64,000 nt of DNA. It comes from Phaeosaccion multiseriatum. Lineage: Eukaryota > Protista > Ochrophyta, other classes. Positions 10,422 through 24,541 of this stretch are shown here, one piece after another (positions within the stretch are counted from its first letter, which is position 1; each line of letters opens with the position of its first letter). The stretch lies in the NCBI GenBank assembly GCA_965112735.1, contig OZ218951.1:3844001-3908000 (forward strand), given 5' to 3'. A program made the translations under genes and the position numbers. The notes under the pieces are model-generated. The model saw nothing but the letters and a program-made list of their open reading frames with translations. It was not told the DNA's origin and did no database searches.

Positions 10422-12873
10422 ATGCGGCGGCCTCGCAGCGGCAGCGTGCTTACCGCTGGGCTATTGACAACAGCCACTGTGCTGCCTACATGTACAGGCT
10501 TTCACCAGCAGGCGTGGACTCCCTGTGGACGAGCATCTACGAGCGGGAAGGACAGTGGTTGTAGTGCAAGGAGTAGTAGTAGACTATGGGGCGGTGCTGC
10601 TCCTGCTCGGGTAGGGGAGGAGAGGGCTGGGGTTGGTCCAGGGGCCATGATAGTGACAACAGCCGAAACCCCGTCCACCCTCGCGATGCGAGCTGCAGAG
10701 CAGGATAATCTTGTGGAGGATGGAAAGGAACTGGACCAGAGCTGTCACCCCTTAGTCGACGCGCTCGCATCAACGCCGGAGCTGATCAAGGCCAACTTCT
10801 TCCTTCCGGGACACAACATGGGCAGGGGCGCTCCGCGAGTCATGGTGGACAAGGTGCTGGCGGGAAGCCCCAGCGCCTTTATGAAGGACCTGCCCGAAAT
10901 GCCCGGCCTGGACAACCTCTTTGCGCCCGAGGATGTGATTCTGGAAGCAGAGACTCTTGCCGCGGCAGCCATGGGGGGTGCGGAGAAAACTTGGTTTCTG
11001 GCCAACGGAAGGTAGGCGCGGGTGCGCGAGCCTCCCTCCTCTGCGGCTGGTGCACAAACGCCTCACCTTTCAGGGCACCTTCCTTGTTCTTCTCTTGCAC
11101 CTTCTCCCCCCTCCACTCCTCGCAGCTCGTGCGGGATCATTGCCTCGGTTATGGCCTGTGTGCAGCGCCACGCTAGCAAAGGGAGCAAGGGGGGCAAGGG
11201 GAGCAAAGGGAGCAAAGGGAGCAGGGCTCACAAGCCCATCGTGGTCCTGCCAAGGAACGTGCACAAGTCGGCCATCAGTGCGCTCGTGTTCAGCGGGGCC
11301 ACGCCTGTGTTCTTGCAGCCGCTGTACGACTCGGAGCTGGAGCTCAGTCACGGAGTGGACGTGGAGAGCGAGCTGATACCAGTCCTAAAGGGTGAGCCGA
11401 GCGAGCGGAATTTTGCGGGCCACGCCTCCTCACTCGTGCAGTATCTTGTTTGCCCCTTGACCGCCTCGACAGAGCACGGCTCGTCCATAGCGGCAGTACT
11501 GCTCGTGTCCCCCACCTACCACGGTGCCACTATGGACCTCAAAGCCGCCGCTAGGGCCTGCCACGCCCAAGGGGTGCCCCTCGTTGTCGACGAGGCGCAC
11601 GGCAGCCACCTGCACTTTCTCAGGCAACGCCAAGAGGACGAGGGGCCGAACAAAGACTGCGCACACGTTCCCGCCGGAGCGCTGCAGAGCGGAGCAGACT
11701 TGGTCGTTCAAAGCGCCCACAAGACTCTGAGCTCTCTCACGCAGAGCGCAGTCATGCACCTCGGACACGTAGGTGCAGGAGGAAGAGGGTCGCAGTGAAG
11801 CCGTGCTCAGCGCTTGTTCGTCCCCATCTCACTTTTCTCCTACTCTTCAAGGGGCTATTGACTGAGGAGGCGGAGAGTGGCTTCTCGATGAACCGAGCTG
11901 TGTCCACCGCGCTTGAGATGACGCAGTCCTCCAGCCCAAGCTACTTGCTCCTAGCTTCTCTGGACGCGGCGCGTTGGCAATTGGCCAGCGCAGGAAGGTG
12001 TGTATCGCGATAAGAGAAGAGACCAGTGAGGGATGGGGATGGGTGCTGGGCTTACCAACTATCAGCCCAAGGCTTCTTTCACCGACGAGTTTGTTGCCTT
12101 GCCCTGCAGGCCGGGTGTGAAGCTCCTTGCTGGAGCCGCAGAGCTGGCGGCCTACGCAAGACAGCGCCTTCGCGAGTCTGCGCCAGGCGTCAAGGTCATG
12201 GACGTGCCTGCGCAGGACGATGCAAGCTCTGCATTCCACGGGCTGGACCCGCTTCGCTTGACTGTGAGCTTCGCGGGAGGGCTGTCCGGCTTCGAGGCGG
12301 ATGACATTATTGCAGATGGTGAGGGCGTGGAGGCTTGTTGCGCGAAAGAAAACGTTTAAGATTCCCATCTGATGGCCTCTGCACCCCTTCCTCCTCCTGT
12401 GCCACACAACAGAGTTTGGAGTGTACTCAGAGCTCCCGTCCTCCAAGACAATCACGTTTGCCTTTGGGATGGGCTGCAGGAGGAAAGAGGTGGACCTCCT
12501 CGTCGATGCCCTTCAAAAGGCCGGCAGCGTGGCCGTGAGCCGCCAGGGGGAGGGGGTACTCGAAGAAGGAGAGGAAAGGGAGGCACCGCAAAGCAACCAT
12601 GTTCCAGCCTTGGCGGGTCCTCCTGTACAAATATGCTCTCCCCGTGAGGCCTTCTTCTCGGTGGTACAAGTGGTGGCCGCGGCTGAGGCCATGGGCAGGG
12701 CCAGCGCAGAGTCGGTGTGTGTCTACCCTCCGGGCATTCCCGTGCTCCTGCCCGGAGAGCTCATTACGGAAAGCTGCTTGGCCTGCCTGAACGAGTCAAG
12801 GAAGGGAGGGGCGTCCATCACAGGGTGCACAGACAACACCCTCCAGACCTTCCGAGTCATCGCTCAGCCATAG
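10422..12873 (+). CDS. PLP-dependent Orn/Lys/Arg decarboxylase (aspartate-aminotransferase fold), predicted plastid-targeted, 6 exons
   Basis: LPGH, DLPEMPGLDNL, RNVHKS, SPTYHG, VDEAHG, VQSAHKTL (PLP lysine), SSSPSYLLLASLD, DPLRL, YPPGIPVLLPGE. Leader ...TCTG-F. Confidence 0.92.
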
Positions 12874-13414
12874 CGCCAAGGCGTGCACAGCAAGGGCACA
12901 TTCCAACCATCAGTCAGTCAGTCAGTCAGTGCCATTAGGGGTAGGGCGGGTGCGGGGGGCTTAACCTCTTGGCAAACTTGTGCTGATACCACAAGAGAGG
13001 GAGAAGCTAGGCTGCCAGGGCTTCGGTGATTTGGTCCCACTGCTCGGGTCGGCGACGGTGTATATACATTCCCCTTGAACCAAAAGGTCTGATCTGCGTG
13101 GACAGAGTCAAAGGTCCATCTGTCGATGTGGACAGATTCCAAAGGCATATATTCTCTCTGTGGCCAAGGTGGGGAGAGTCCTTGCGTTGCACCGATGCAG
13201 CTGATCAAGCCAGTCCTGCCAGTCCTGGTGTGTGGCAACACTGGCCTGGCCCCAAGTCCTCTGCTCTCCCTGCTTGGCGCTCTCCGCCGAGAGTCGGACA
13301 GGTACGACTTGCGATCATCAAATACAATATATATATATAGACATAGACATAGACATAGACAAAAGGACACACAATGTGTGCCATCAATCAATCATCACTG
13401 GGTGAGTGCTGTTA

Positions 13415-15030
13415 CTAGAAGCCCTTTGACTTTGCGCTGGACGAACTCCGGGGGCTGCGAAAGCCTTGAGCTAGGTTGGTGGCGCCCCGTTGCAGCCCGC
13501 GAGTCAGAGAGCCGCTCAGGCTGCCGGATGTGTTGCTCAGGGGGGAGAGCATGGGAGACAGGTTACCGAAGTTTATGTCTTCCGACTCCGAGCTGGAGAG
13601 ACAGGAGAGAGAGAGTGTGTGTGTGTGTGTGTGAGAGAGAGAGACAGAGAGGGATAGAAGGAGAGAGAGCATTGCTTGGTTGGTCTGAGCGAGCAAAACG
13701 CATATTAATACGCATTAACCAAGCCCGAGGAGGCCTCCAGGGACAGCGTATCCTTACTCCACTCACATGATGGGCTGTGCCAGAGTGCTCTCCTTGCCGC
13801 CCCCGATGCTCGTTGCAATGCCCAGGACGTCGCTGGCGGAGGGCGTGAGCACCACGGAGTAGCACAGAGTGCAAATCTCCTCGTACCGACTGAACATGGC
13901 GAAGAGCATGTCGGACAAGCGGTCCCACAGCACGGTGTTGAGACAGCTCTCCTTGCTGATGTGCTTGAGCTGCGGGGGGAGGGGGGGGGGGCAGTCGTTG
14001 GGCTCTCATATCACTCTTGAGTTGACACACGCAGCAAGCAGAGCACGGAGGGACAAGCGGAGGGGACAAGGGGAGGGGCGGAGAGAGAAGGGGAGGGGCA
14101 GAGAAGCAAAGGAAGCGGCGGAGGGTTGCTCACCAGCCTGGAGCGTGTGGTCTTGAGGCCCTCAGTGATGAGCTTTGCATTACCGTGCTTCAGCAGCACC
14201 TGCTCCAGCGTCTTCTTGTCTTCGTGCAGAGGTACGTCCCCCACCCCCACGGACACGCACAGCTCCTCCAGGCGTTGGAAGAACTGCACGAGGGGGGGGA
14301 ACTGTGTGTCCGCCCCGCCGGGAGAGAGGTGAGGTCGGTTAGGCTTTCGTTTCGTTTCGTTTGTTTTGGTGCTGACTGACTGACCTGATAGCTGACGAGC
14401 CACTGCAGGTAGTAGGTGGTGGAGAGCTCGAACGATGCCCGTGCCTGCTCTACGTAGTCCTCCAAGCTCTTCACCTATCGATAGGGGGGGGGAAGCAAGA
14501 CAATCAACATGTTTTCCTGTTTTGCCCTTTGGACCTGTTGGACCTTTCACCACCCCCCCTCCTCCCCACCAGAAGCCAGTCAGAGACACACCACTCGGCA
14601 ACTCAACAACTCACTCACCTTTCTTTGCGACATTGACCGTTCGAAGAAGTAGAAGTTCTCGAGCCGCACAATGTGTTGGTACTTGGAGTCCCTCTGCGCT
14701 ACGTTAGCGAGGATCTGCGCCCACAGGCAGGCCCACAGGCAGGCCCCCACGCAGGAGGAGGACGAGCGAATGACACGTACGTTGGGTTGGGTTAGTGGGG
14801 CTGTTGTATTCCCCAGTGGGGCTGTTAAATTCCGTGGCCAAGGTAAGCACAAGGGAGGGCGGGGCAGCACAAGACATACACACCTGAAACAGGGCCACGA
14901 CCATTTTTTGGTACGCGGTGACGACCTCCCCTGTGTCCTGCACATTGGCGCTTTCAGAGAGAGCCTCCTGAGAGATGGGTGGGGAGATAGATAGATAGAT
15001 AGAGAGAGAGAGAGGAGAGAGAGAGAGAGG

Positions 15031-15061
<31 letters not shown>

Positions 15062-18000
15062 GCAGACAGAGAGATGTTAGACGGGTTGAAGGCGAGAGAA
15101 TCATTCAATCACGTGTTCTTGATGCCAAATCAAGCCCATCCTCTCCGGCCCTTCCCACCTGTATGGTGTCCACGAGGGAGGGGAACTTCAGGATAGGCAC
15201 GAGCACGCCCGCCTTCTTGGGATCTGCCTTGGTGCCCTCTATCCAGCTGAGCTGCTGCTGCACCCACTTGTTGAACTTCATCACCAGCTCTGCGCGGAAG
15301 GCCAGCAGCACCCCCGCCGCCACAAAGTTCTGATAGAGAACCGAAGGAAGAAACAAGCCAGCAAGGAAGGAAAGACAGAAGGAAGGAAGGAAGGAAGGAA
15401 GGAAGGAAGGCAAGAAGAGGCAAGCGGGCATAAGGGGAGGATCATTGTTGCGGGAGGGGAAGAAGAAGAGAGCAGGAGGGGAGGAGCGGCTTTGCATGTG
15501 CGCTTGCACTCGCAGGCACCTACCCTACCCTACACCCCCCCTACCTGGAAGCTGGGCTGTTGCTGCGTGTATTCCACGAGGGCGAGGAGGCTGACCATGT
15601 CCTTCACATCCACCACCGCCTCGGCCACGCGGCTGAAGTTGCTGTTGAGCTCCGAGAAGGCACTCGAGATGCAGCGGTTCACAATCTGTCGCCCGCCGCC
15701 GGAATAGGAAGAGGACACGCACACACAAGAGTCGAGTCAAGTCGAGTCGAGAGGAGAGGAGAGGGAGAGAGTCGTATCACAGCTCCTCACAACACAAAAG
15801 TGCAGAGGAAACACAAAAGACACGCACGACAAAAAAAAAAACGCAACGGCGGTGCTCACCTACCCCTACACCCACACCCACACCCACACCCATACACCTC
15901 CACCTGCACTACCTGCTTCTCCGAGTCGTTGGTCTCTGTTTGCAGGGAGAAGAACATGCTAAAGAAGTTGTACTCCCGAGTGATGGCGGGCATGATGTGC
16001 TCGAAGGCGTCGCGCACAGCGTCCACCACCCCCAGGCTGTGGCTATGCGCGTTGGAGGGTTGGGGCTTGTCCTTCTTTTCCTGCCAGGAGGAGGTGCCTG
16101 CAGACAGGGCAGACAGAGTAGACAGGGGAGGGGAGGGGAGACAGGGGATCCAAGATGGAGAGTAAGGAAGGAAGGAAGGAAGGAAGGAAGGGAAGGCCCT
16201 TCGCTCTGCTCTGCTCTGCTCTGCTCTGATCTGCTCTTGCTTTTAAATCTCAGTCTCAGCCTCACCTCCTCCTCCCTCGTGCCCAGGGGTGATGCCCCCA
16301 GTCGAGTTCAAGTCAGGCGATGCTCTGTCGCTGCCCACCTTGAGCTTTTCGTTGGGCAGCGTGTGGAGGCTTGTGCCCGAGTGGCCGTACGTGATCTTGG
16401 GCAGCAGCTCGGCGAAGTATTGACGCGTGCGGACTTTTAGCAAGCCCTGCGTGTGTGTGACGCAGCAAGCGAAAGGTGAGTGGGGTTGGGTCAGGGCGTG
16501 AGGGGGGGAGAAAACACGTTGAGAACATGACACGACGAAATGCGCACACGCCCACGCACTCACCCACGCACTTACCTTGCTAAGCTCTTCTGCATACGCT
16601 ATCCGCAGCTCCGCCACCCTCCCAGTCATACCATTCCGCGCAGCGCGAGGAGAGGGCGGCTGCTGCCCCTGCCCCGAATGAAAGCCCCCGCCCATCCCCA
16701 GCGTGGCGGTCATGGCGTCGAGCCTCGCAAGCTGCTGAATGAGAGGCTCGTAGTCAATCACAAAGCCGTGGAACTGACGCTGGGCCTGCAGGAGCAGCTG
16801 CGAGGAAGAGGAGCTGTCGAGCAGACCCGCCAAGTTCTCCTGCCCGCCTCTTGTGGCCAGCCTGCAGGGTGGGGGTGGGGTATCAGGATTGGGAAATTGA
16901 GAGTGGGTAGGGGAGATGTTGGCGGTCGGGGTTGGGTATCGGGTAGTGGGTATCGAGCATTTAAGACCAGAACCAAATGGTCTCTTCAGACTAACCTGTT
17001 GAAGAGGCCCTTGAGGAAGCGCGTGACATTGTCCATGAACTGGTTGCGGACAGACACGAGCTTGGCGCTCTGCTCGGACAGGAACCGCAGGCTGTGGGGA
17101 GGCCAGGGCGTGGGGGGGAGAGGAGGGGGGCGGGGTGCAGCGAGAGGGAGATCGAGAGGGCAGAGGGCACGCATGAGCTCACGACGTTGCTGAGCCCTAC
17201 ACGAGGCGGTTGGGGTCGTGACGTCATGCACAGTGTCGCACCTCTTGGTATTTTGGCTCGTTTCAAGCTCCTGGGTAGCCTCAATCGCATCCTGAGGCGG
17301 GGGTGGAGAGTAGTGGGCAATTAGGTAAAAGGATTACGAAAGAGCAGAAGGAACGAAAGAAAACCACCCATCAACCAAAAGAAAACCAACCCTTTTGCCC
17401 CCCCCCCCCCCTTATACACACTATATACTCTTCCCCTACACCCCCAACGCCAGTCCAACGCCAGTCCAACGCCAGTCCCCAGCCAAGGCCTCCATCCTCC
17501 CCTCTCCCCTCTCTCCACCCTCCCCCCAACCTGCAGCGAGGCGCTGGCCTGCACGAGCTGCGCCACTGCCACGAGCGGGTCCTCCGAGTCCTCTCCCTCC
17601 TCGAGCAGCGCCTGGGGGTTGAGCAGCATCGCCTCCTTCTCCGGCGTCAGGCTCACGGCCCCCACCAGGTAGTCCAGGTAGTCATGCAGTCTGAGGAGGG
17701 GAGGGGTGAGCGCATGATCAAGGCTTGTGGGGGCGGGTGGCTGGGCGGCTGGGCGTGTGTGTGGACACTCCTACCCCCCTCCTCTCCTCTCCATTTCGCT
17801 GCCCCGCCAACCCAAAGACCAACACTAAGGCGCCCACTGCAATGCAAGGCAGCGCACCTCTTGAAGTTCTTCCACTGCACCTCGAGGGCATTGTTCTGCC
17901 CTTCGATGGCCGCCATGTCTCTCTGCATGAGCTCCAGCGGCTGCCCGTGCTGCTGCAGCCACTCCTCCATCACTCCGAGTTGCCCTGTGTATACGCAGCA

Positions 18001-19882
18001 CAACACAGCATGGGGATGAGGACCGCAATGCCAATCAGCCACAAGAGGGAGTGAAGCGAAGCAACAAGGGGGGAGGCGAGGCTGCGAATACTATCAATGG
18101 GGTCGAGAAGCTTGGTGATGGTGTGTGTGTATGTGTGTGTATATTTGTGTGTCGTGTGTGTATGGTGTGATGTGCATACCATCAATGGCGTCGAGTAGCT
18201 TGGTGATGGTCTGCGTGTCGTCCGTCTGCTCGCTCCACAGAATGAGCTGCTCGATGGTGTTGCCCTCGAGGCGGTCAAGCTCTGTGTTGAGGGCCAAGTC
18301 CATGCCCTGCAGCAGCACCAGCAGCAGCACGAGGACAGAAACAGTTTCCAAGAGGATCAGATGCAGCAGTTGGTTTTGTCAGTCAACACTTCGTGGCTTC
18401 AAAGAGAGGGGGAGGGGAGACACAAACCGCTCACCTCTTGGCCCTTCTCCCTCCAGCCCAGCTTCTCCAGGACAGCCTCTCCTGCAGCGAACTCATCGTA
18501 GGCCACCCAATCGTCAGGGTCGTTCTTGCCCTTGCCCGCCGTACCCCCCAGCCCCGCGGCGTCTCCCCCCGAAGCCCCGTCCCCCGTGCCCCCATTGGCC
18601 GTGTTCGCTGCGTCCTTGCACCACCTTGTGAGCTCCCTAACCATGGGGTTGCGCGAGGTGAACCCGTCGTACAGGGCAGTGGCGTGGAGGTCCTTCAAGC
18701 TGCACGAAGCGGAAAGGGCAGCACAAAGGGAGTGAGGCGCTCATTGTCACCTATGCAGAGAGCTTTGTGTTTGGGGGAGCAGAGGCCTCACCTCACGTGC
18801 ATGGCGTCTACACCGTTTATATGCAGCGCCTTTAGAGCGCTCATAACGCCCCACAGCATCTCGTCCAAAGCCGAGGGCGTATGGGCCTCCCATCGGAAGG
18901 TGGAGTCGCTTCCCCCGCGGCCACCCCCCCTTGCAGCAGCGCCCTTGAAGGAGAAGGAAAAGGTTGTCCCGCCCTTCTTGGGCCTCTCCACCGCTACCAT
19001 GGACTCTAAGGGCCAGCTGCGATGGATGGTCACCTATGGTGGTGGTGTTGTTGCTTTAAGACCAGGGCTCACTACTAATGCGCGCCACAACCATCCTCAC
19101 CACGCATGATGAGTACCCCTATGATCATACCTGATGCTTGTCTCCTTGCACACTACCCCACCCGCCCTCCTCCTCGGCTCTTGGCTGTCTCGCCCGGCTC
19201 ACCGCGACTGAAACCTCATGCATCGTAGCTTCCGCCCCTTGCTTCTCGCCCCCTCCCGCGCCCCCCGTAGCCGACAGACTGACTGCCTTGTCCCTCCTAT
19301 TCGCCGTCAGCACCATGAGGTCAATGTAGTAGAAGCGCGGATTGCTATTGCTCCCGCCTCCCCCGCCTAAGTTCTTCACTCTGCGGGCACGCAATGGGAG
19401 CACACCAGGCGGTAAGAAGAGAGTAAGCACTGTTTGGTCTGGTCTCCTACGCCCCACGTACTTGCACAGACAGACGACGCGTATCTTGGACTGCTTGTCT
19501 AGACTTCGGAGGGCATGCGCACTGGGCATAACATCCTCGTTTATCTGGTCCTCGACAAGCGACCGTAACTCAGAGTCATAGGGCCCTCCTGCCTGTCCAG
19601 GGTCCTTGTGCTCCTTGTGCTTGCGGTGAAACAGGGCAGCGGTACTCGGCACTACACCGCGCAAAGGAGATATGCCTCGCGCAATAGCTTCGGGACAAGG
19701 AGGAGGGACGGGAGGAGGGACGGGAGGAGGGAAGGGAGGAGGAACGGGACGGGGAGGGAAGGGAAAGAAGTAATTATTAACACATGAGGGGGGGAAGAGC
19801 TAAGTGCGCGAAGCTCCTCACCTTCTCCTGCCGCTCCTGCATGTCTGCCTATTGGACTGAAGGCACCCCCCGCCTTCGACAT
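13415..19882 (-). CDS. SEC3: Exocyst complex component 1 (Sec3), multi-exon
   Basis: N-terminal PH-like segment (VTIHRSWPLESM), coiled coil (ELDRLEGNTIE; MAAIEGQNNALEVQWKN), C-terminal LENFYFF, FFQRLEE, KHISKESCLNTVLWD...CY. The splice junctions checked are in frame. Final exon ends KSKGF-stop at 13415. Confidence 0.85.
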
Positions 19883-20049
19883 CAGAGAGAAGAGGAGTAA
19901 GGAGCAGTCGAGGCGAGGAAGAAAAAATACTTTTAGGCAGATGGCACCTTATGGAGGGGATTTCGAATACTTCCTTTCTCCCCTCTCCGATTCCGTCTGC
20001 CCAGAGGGATATGTAAAGAAGCGAGGGAGGGTTTATGTAGTCGGCAGGT

Positions 20050-21363
20050 ATGGAGACTTCTGATCCTGCTGCTGTCGTGGGAGCAGTCGCGCGCGATGAG
20101 CAGGCTGACCACGATGAGCAACAGCAGTTTGAACGTGATCCAAACGGAAGGCTATCTCTGATCAATGCAGGGATAGAAGGCGACGTAGGCAAGGTGACGA
20201 AGCTCCAGCAAGGCTCATTGGGCAGCACCCCGCTGCTGCACCTCAACTTACACAGCAACAGGATCTGCAGTCTGAACGGCTTGCCTGCGCTCTCTTCGCT
20301 TCTCAGCCTCAACCTGAGCTCGAACGAGCTCGGCTCCGGGGACTTGGACACCGACAACCCTGGTGACACCTTCTTCAGTGCGCTGTCCATGTGCCCAAGT
20401 CTGACGCACCTCGACCTATCGTCGAACCACATCGAGACCCTCTCCTGGGGAAAGGATGCCGCCGGCTCCGCCTCGGCTTTTCTGCTCCCATCGCTTCACA
20501 CCCTTCTGCTCCCATTCAACCAGCTGCACTCGCTGACAGGGCTGTTATGTCTCTCGACGGTTTTGACCAGCTTGGACGTGCGATGTAACAAGTTGGGGAG
20601 TGATGGTTCTCAAAGCTCTGTCGACATGGGGGAAGGCGGCTTCCTTCGGGTGTTGACGCAGCTCCCGCACCTCGCATCGCTTCGGTGCGAGGGAAATGGC
20701 TTCATGACGGGCAGGAGTAAAAGCTTCATCAGCACGGAGGTGCTGCATTGGCTGCCTTGGCTGCAGTCTCTGGACGGGAGGCCTTTGCAGAATGATGTGC
20801 AGAGTAGCAGACCCGAGACGCAGAGAGGCCAACGTGCTGGCCCACAGGCTGCCCCACAGGCTGCTGCAGCTTCAATGGAGAACGGGAGGCCCTTGAAGAA
20901 GAGTTTGAACAGCAGCGTGTCCCACGCGGAGGGAGACGCAGAGTTTGGTGCTGCTGCAGAGGCTTCTGATGTGGTAGGGAAGGCGTTCTCCGAGGTCCAC
21001 TCAGCAGCACCAAGAGCCGAGGGACACCAACCGGACGGCGACCAAGGCGGGGCAGAGGGCCTGTGGACGGGCCTAGACCAGCTCGTGAAGGATGCTCGCT
21101 TGGAAGCTCTCGAGTATCAGGTGGATAACATCAGGCACCAGCAGCAGCAGATGCAAAAGCGCCAGAAGCAGACTTTGATGGCGAAACGCAGGGCGTCGGC
21201 AAGGTCGGAAGCCGAAGCTGCGTCTGCGCCCCGGCGGAGCTTCTCGGCGGAGCGACGGCAACCCTTGGGCAAAGCTCCTCGCAGTACGAAACTTAGAGAG
21301 AACCCGTGGGAGGCGCGCAAAGCAGATGGGTTGGAAGGGAGGGGGAGGCAGTTGCACAACCCT

Positions 21364-21396
<33 letters not shown>

Positions 21397-24148
21397 AGCT
21401 TTCACCTAAGCAGCGTTCGGAGGGTATCCGAGCCCATCGCAGGCAACGGGCGTACTCTCACTGCGGCACTTTTGGAAAAGCCTAGGCCGGCCCTCGAGCA
21501 GGAAGAAGAGCTCCAACCGAAGCCCCAGTCCTGCTGCTGTTGTCACGTTGCACCGAAGATAAGCCGCGAAGGTCTAGGGCGGTGTCAACAGGAGACGGGC
21601 GAGGCATCAAGTGTTGGGCATAATGTAGCAGATGAAAGCCCCCCAAAGGATGTTGTGGGAGAGGGGGAGCAGGGGGAGAGTGAAGCAGATAGGCAAAGGG
21701 CAGCAGCAGCAGCATCAGCAGCAGCAGCAGCAGCGGTGGCGGTGTCGATGAACGAAGGAAGGCGGATGGGGCAGGAGGAGAGGGAGCAACTCTCCCGAGA
21801 GAAGAAGGCCTACCAGGCACAGGTGCAGCTGCTGACGCTGGAACTGGAGAAGGAGCGCACTCGCCTGGAGCGAGAGGCAGCGGAGGAAGCCGAGAGGGAG
21901 GCCGAGAGGATGGGCACGCAGAAGCAGTTGCTGGAGGAGCAGGTGAAGGTGGCCAGCGAGCAGCAGGTCCGCTTGGAAGAGCAGGAGCACAAGCTGAGGC
22001 TCCTGTCGCACGAGGCTGAGGCCGCCCACAGAGCGCTGGTGCTTCTTGCGGCTCGCGGCATGGGAGCAGCGATCCAAGGTTTGTTGAGACGAAGGTGAGT
22101 TCCCACACGATGCTTCTGTATAGTACCACTGCTCGAGGGACTGCATCTCATCCCTCCCCCTTGCTCGTGACCCACAGATGCATGCGTCGCCTCTTCCGGC
22201 AATGGGAGAGACGCACGCTGTCTGAGCGCTTTGAGGAGGCGCTCCAGGCTAAGGATGCAGCCACGCAGCAGGCCCGCCTCTCTGATAGGCAGGAGCTGGC
22301 GGCCTCGCATCTGCTGCAGAGGCATAGCTTGGAGCAGCAGCTGCAAGAGGCACACGCACTGCGCATGGGCATGGAGCAAGAGAAGCTGAAGGAGGAAGCC
22401 AAGCAGAGTGTGGCTATTGCTGCAGCGGCAACGGCGCAGGCTCAGCTCGAGGCCAGCGTGCAGACGTGGACAGCAAAGGCGCACGAGAGCCAAGAGGAGG
22501 CCCGGAGACTGCAAGCTCTGCTGGAAGAGTCTAACAAGAGAGTGGACGAGGTGGGACAGGAGGGCTGGAACAGGGCGAGGAGGTGAGTTTGACGCTGTGC
22601 GAGGGAGGGGCATGGAAGGCTTGCCTTACCTTGTCGCATTCCCACTCCACCCCACCCACACCGCTCTGCGGAACGTTCCTTGCAGCGCCCTGGCGAGCTC
22701 TCGGGCCGAGTGTGTGGGTCTGCGCGAGGCCCTGGAGGAGTCGCTGGCCAAGGCCAACAGCCTGAAGGGCGCCGTGAAGGGGAGGGAGAAGGGGGAGAAG
22801 GCCGCCAAGCACGCCGCGTTGGAGCTATCGGAGGTGGTGCGGCAGCAGAAGACCGCCCTGCACAAGGTAAGGAACAGCACAGGCCGTACAGGGTTCTTTT
22901 TAGATCGATTGTTGACCGATTGTCCAAGCCAAACCAATCCGCCTTCCTTCCTTCAACAGGCGGAACTGGACGCTGAGGCCGGGAGGAGAGAGCGGGAGAT
23001 GTTAGTCCAGCAGGCGACGGCCGCTGACGCCCAGCTGCAGGTAGGTTTGTGCGGCTTCTGCGGCTTCTCTACTCACCATTCCTTCCCTACACACATTGAC
23101 TGTGTTTCGCGCCCTTCTTTCTCTCCGTTTTGCAGAGTGTTCGTGCCCAAGCAGACTTTGTGGAGAAGGCGAGGGAAGCGGAGAGGCAGCGCTACGACAG
23201 CGAAGTTGCAAGCCTTGGCGCCAGACTTGCGGGCATGGAGGAGGAGAGGAGCAGGGCCTGGGAGGAGCAAAAGACACTCAAACACAGCGTCGAACTCGCT
23301 TCCACAGACTCTCAACGCCAGCAAAAGGTGAAGCAGAAAGACCCCCCTCCCCCTCTTCGCTCTATCAGCGTGTTTTCAGAGTGCTCTTGCTCACGGTCGC
23401 GAGTGCCCCCCCCCCCCAGCAGAGAATCGCGGAGCTCGAGGAGGAGGCCGGGAGGGCAAGGAGCAAGTGGGAAGCGGCGCTGGCCAGGGGAGAGCAGGAG
23501 GCAAGGCGCCTCTCCCAGCAGCTTGAGAAGGCCCACGAGGAGAGGGACGAGGCCAGGCAGGAGGCGTTGGACAGCAGTGCCAAGGTGTGTTTGGTTGGGG
23601 GCGTGTGCTCGGGTGGTGGTACAAGTAGAAAACTGTCCCGCAGAAGGAACATGTATGACTGCGACGCTGCTGACTAACTACCCTTGAACCTGTCTGTGTA
23701 GGTGAAAGCCTTGTCTTGCATCGACACGCAGCTCCGGGACGTGTTTTGCGAGGTGCAGGAGCTGAGAGGGATGAGCGAGAAGGCGAGCACCTTGGACAGC
23801 AGCAGCAGAGAGAGCGAGAGGTACCGCAGGAGCCGAGACCTCGCTCGGAAGGACTTCTCCGACGAGCTACAGAAGAAAGACGACGCGCTCAGGTCATGAG
23901 TCGACGGGGAGGTCCTTGCTTTCAAGCATAGCAATAACGCCCCTCCCCTCCCCCCTCGTCGCTGTCTGCTGCCTTCTTCAGATACGTCGAGGCCGAGCTG
24001 CTTTCCCTGAGGGAGATGCGCGAGGAGAGGGAGACTGCTCTGGCTGCGCAGGTGGACGAGGAGAGGAGCAAGAGGGAGGCCATGGAGCAGGAAGCCAAAA
24101 GCGCGGCTGCTCTCTCTCAGCAGGCCCTCAAGGCGCGGGACGAGGCGC

Positions 24149-24185
<37 letters not shown>

Positions 24186-24497
24186 TCCGCCCTGCCCCGC
24201 CCCAGCCCCCCCACCCCACACAGGAGGAGGTGCCCCTCTCTCAGCGCCAGCCAACCATCCCCATCCATGCCTCTCCGCCCCCCAAAACATTGCCAGGCTC
24301 AGGCGCGAGAGCTGAGCAGCTCCGTGGGCGTGGTGCAGGGGCTCCTGACGACGTCCGAGGAGAAGGTGAGGCTGCTGGAGGCCGACTCGAGGCAGTTGGC
24401 GGCGAGGATGGAGCAGGACCGGCGCCACACAGCCCAGCAAGTCCAGGCCCTCTCCACCATGTGCCAGAAGCTGCAACAGTCAAGCGCTCTTTTTTAA
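20050..24497 (+). CDS. Leucine-rich repeat and coiled-coil protein (LRRCC1/VFL1-like centriolar protein), multi-exon
   Basis: N-terminal LRRs (LNLHSNRI, LNLSSNEL, LDLSSNHI, LDVRCNKL) with LRR cap LPWLQSLDG, followed by a long E/Q/K/R coiled coil across spliced exons. Confidence 0.75.
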
Positions 24498-24541
24498 AAT
24501 TACTAAATTACAAACGGAGGGAGGTACCGTGACAGGTCTTG

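Noticed and set aside
12918-13391. ORFs between decarboxylase and SEC3, with a short GTGGACAGA..AAAGG duplication
   Set aside because: No ATG-supported coherent frame or domain; most simply 3' UTRs.
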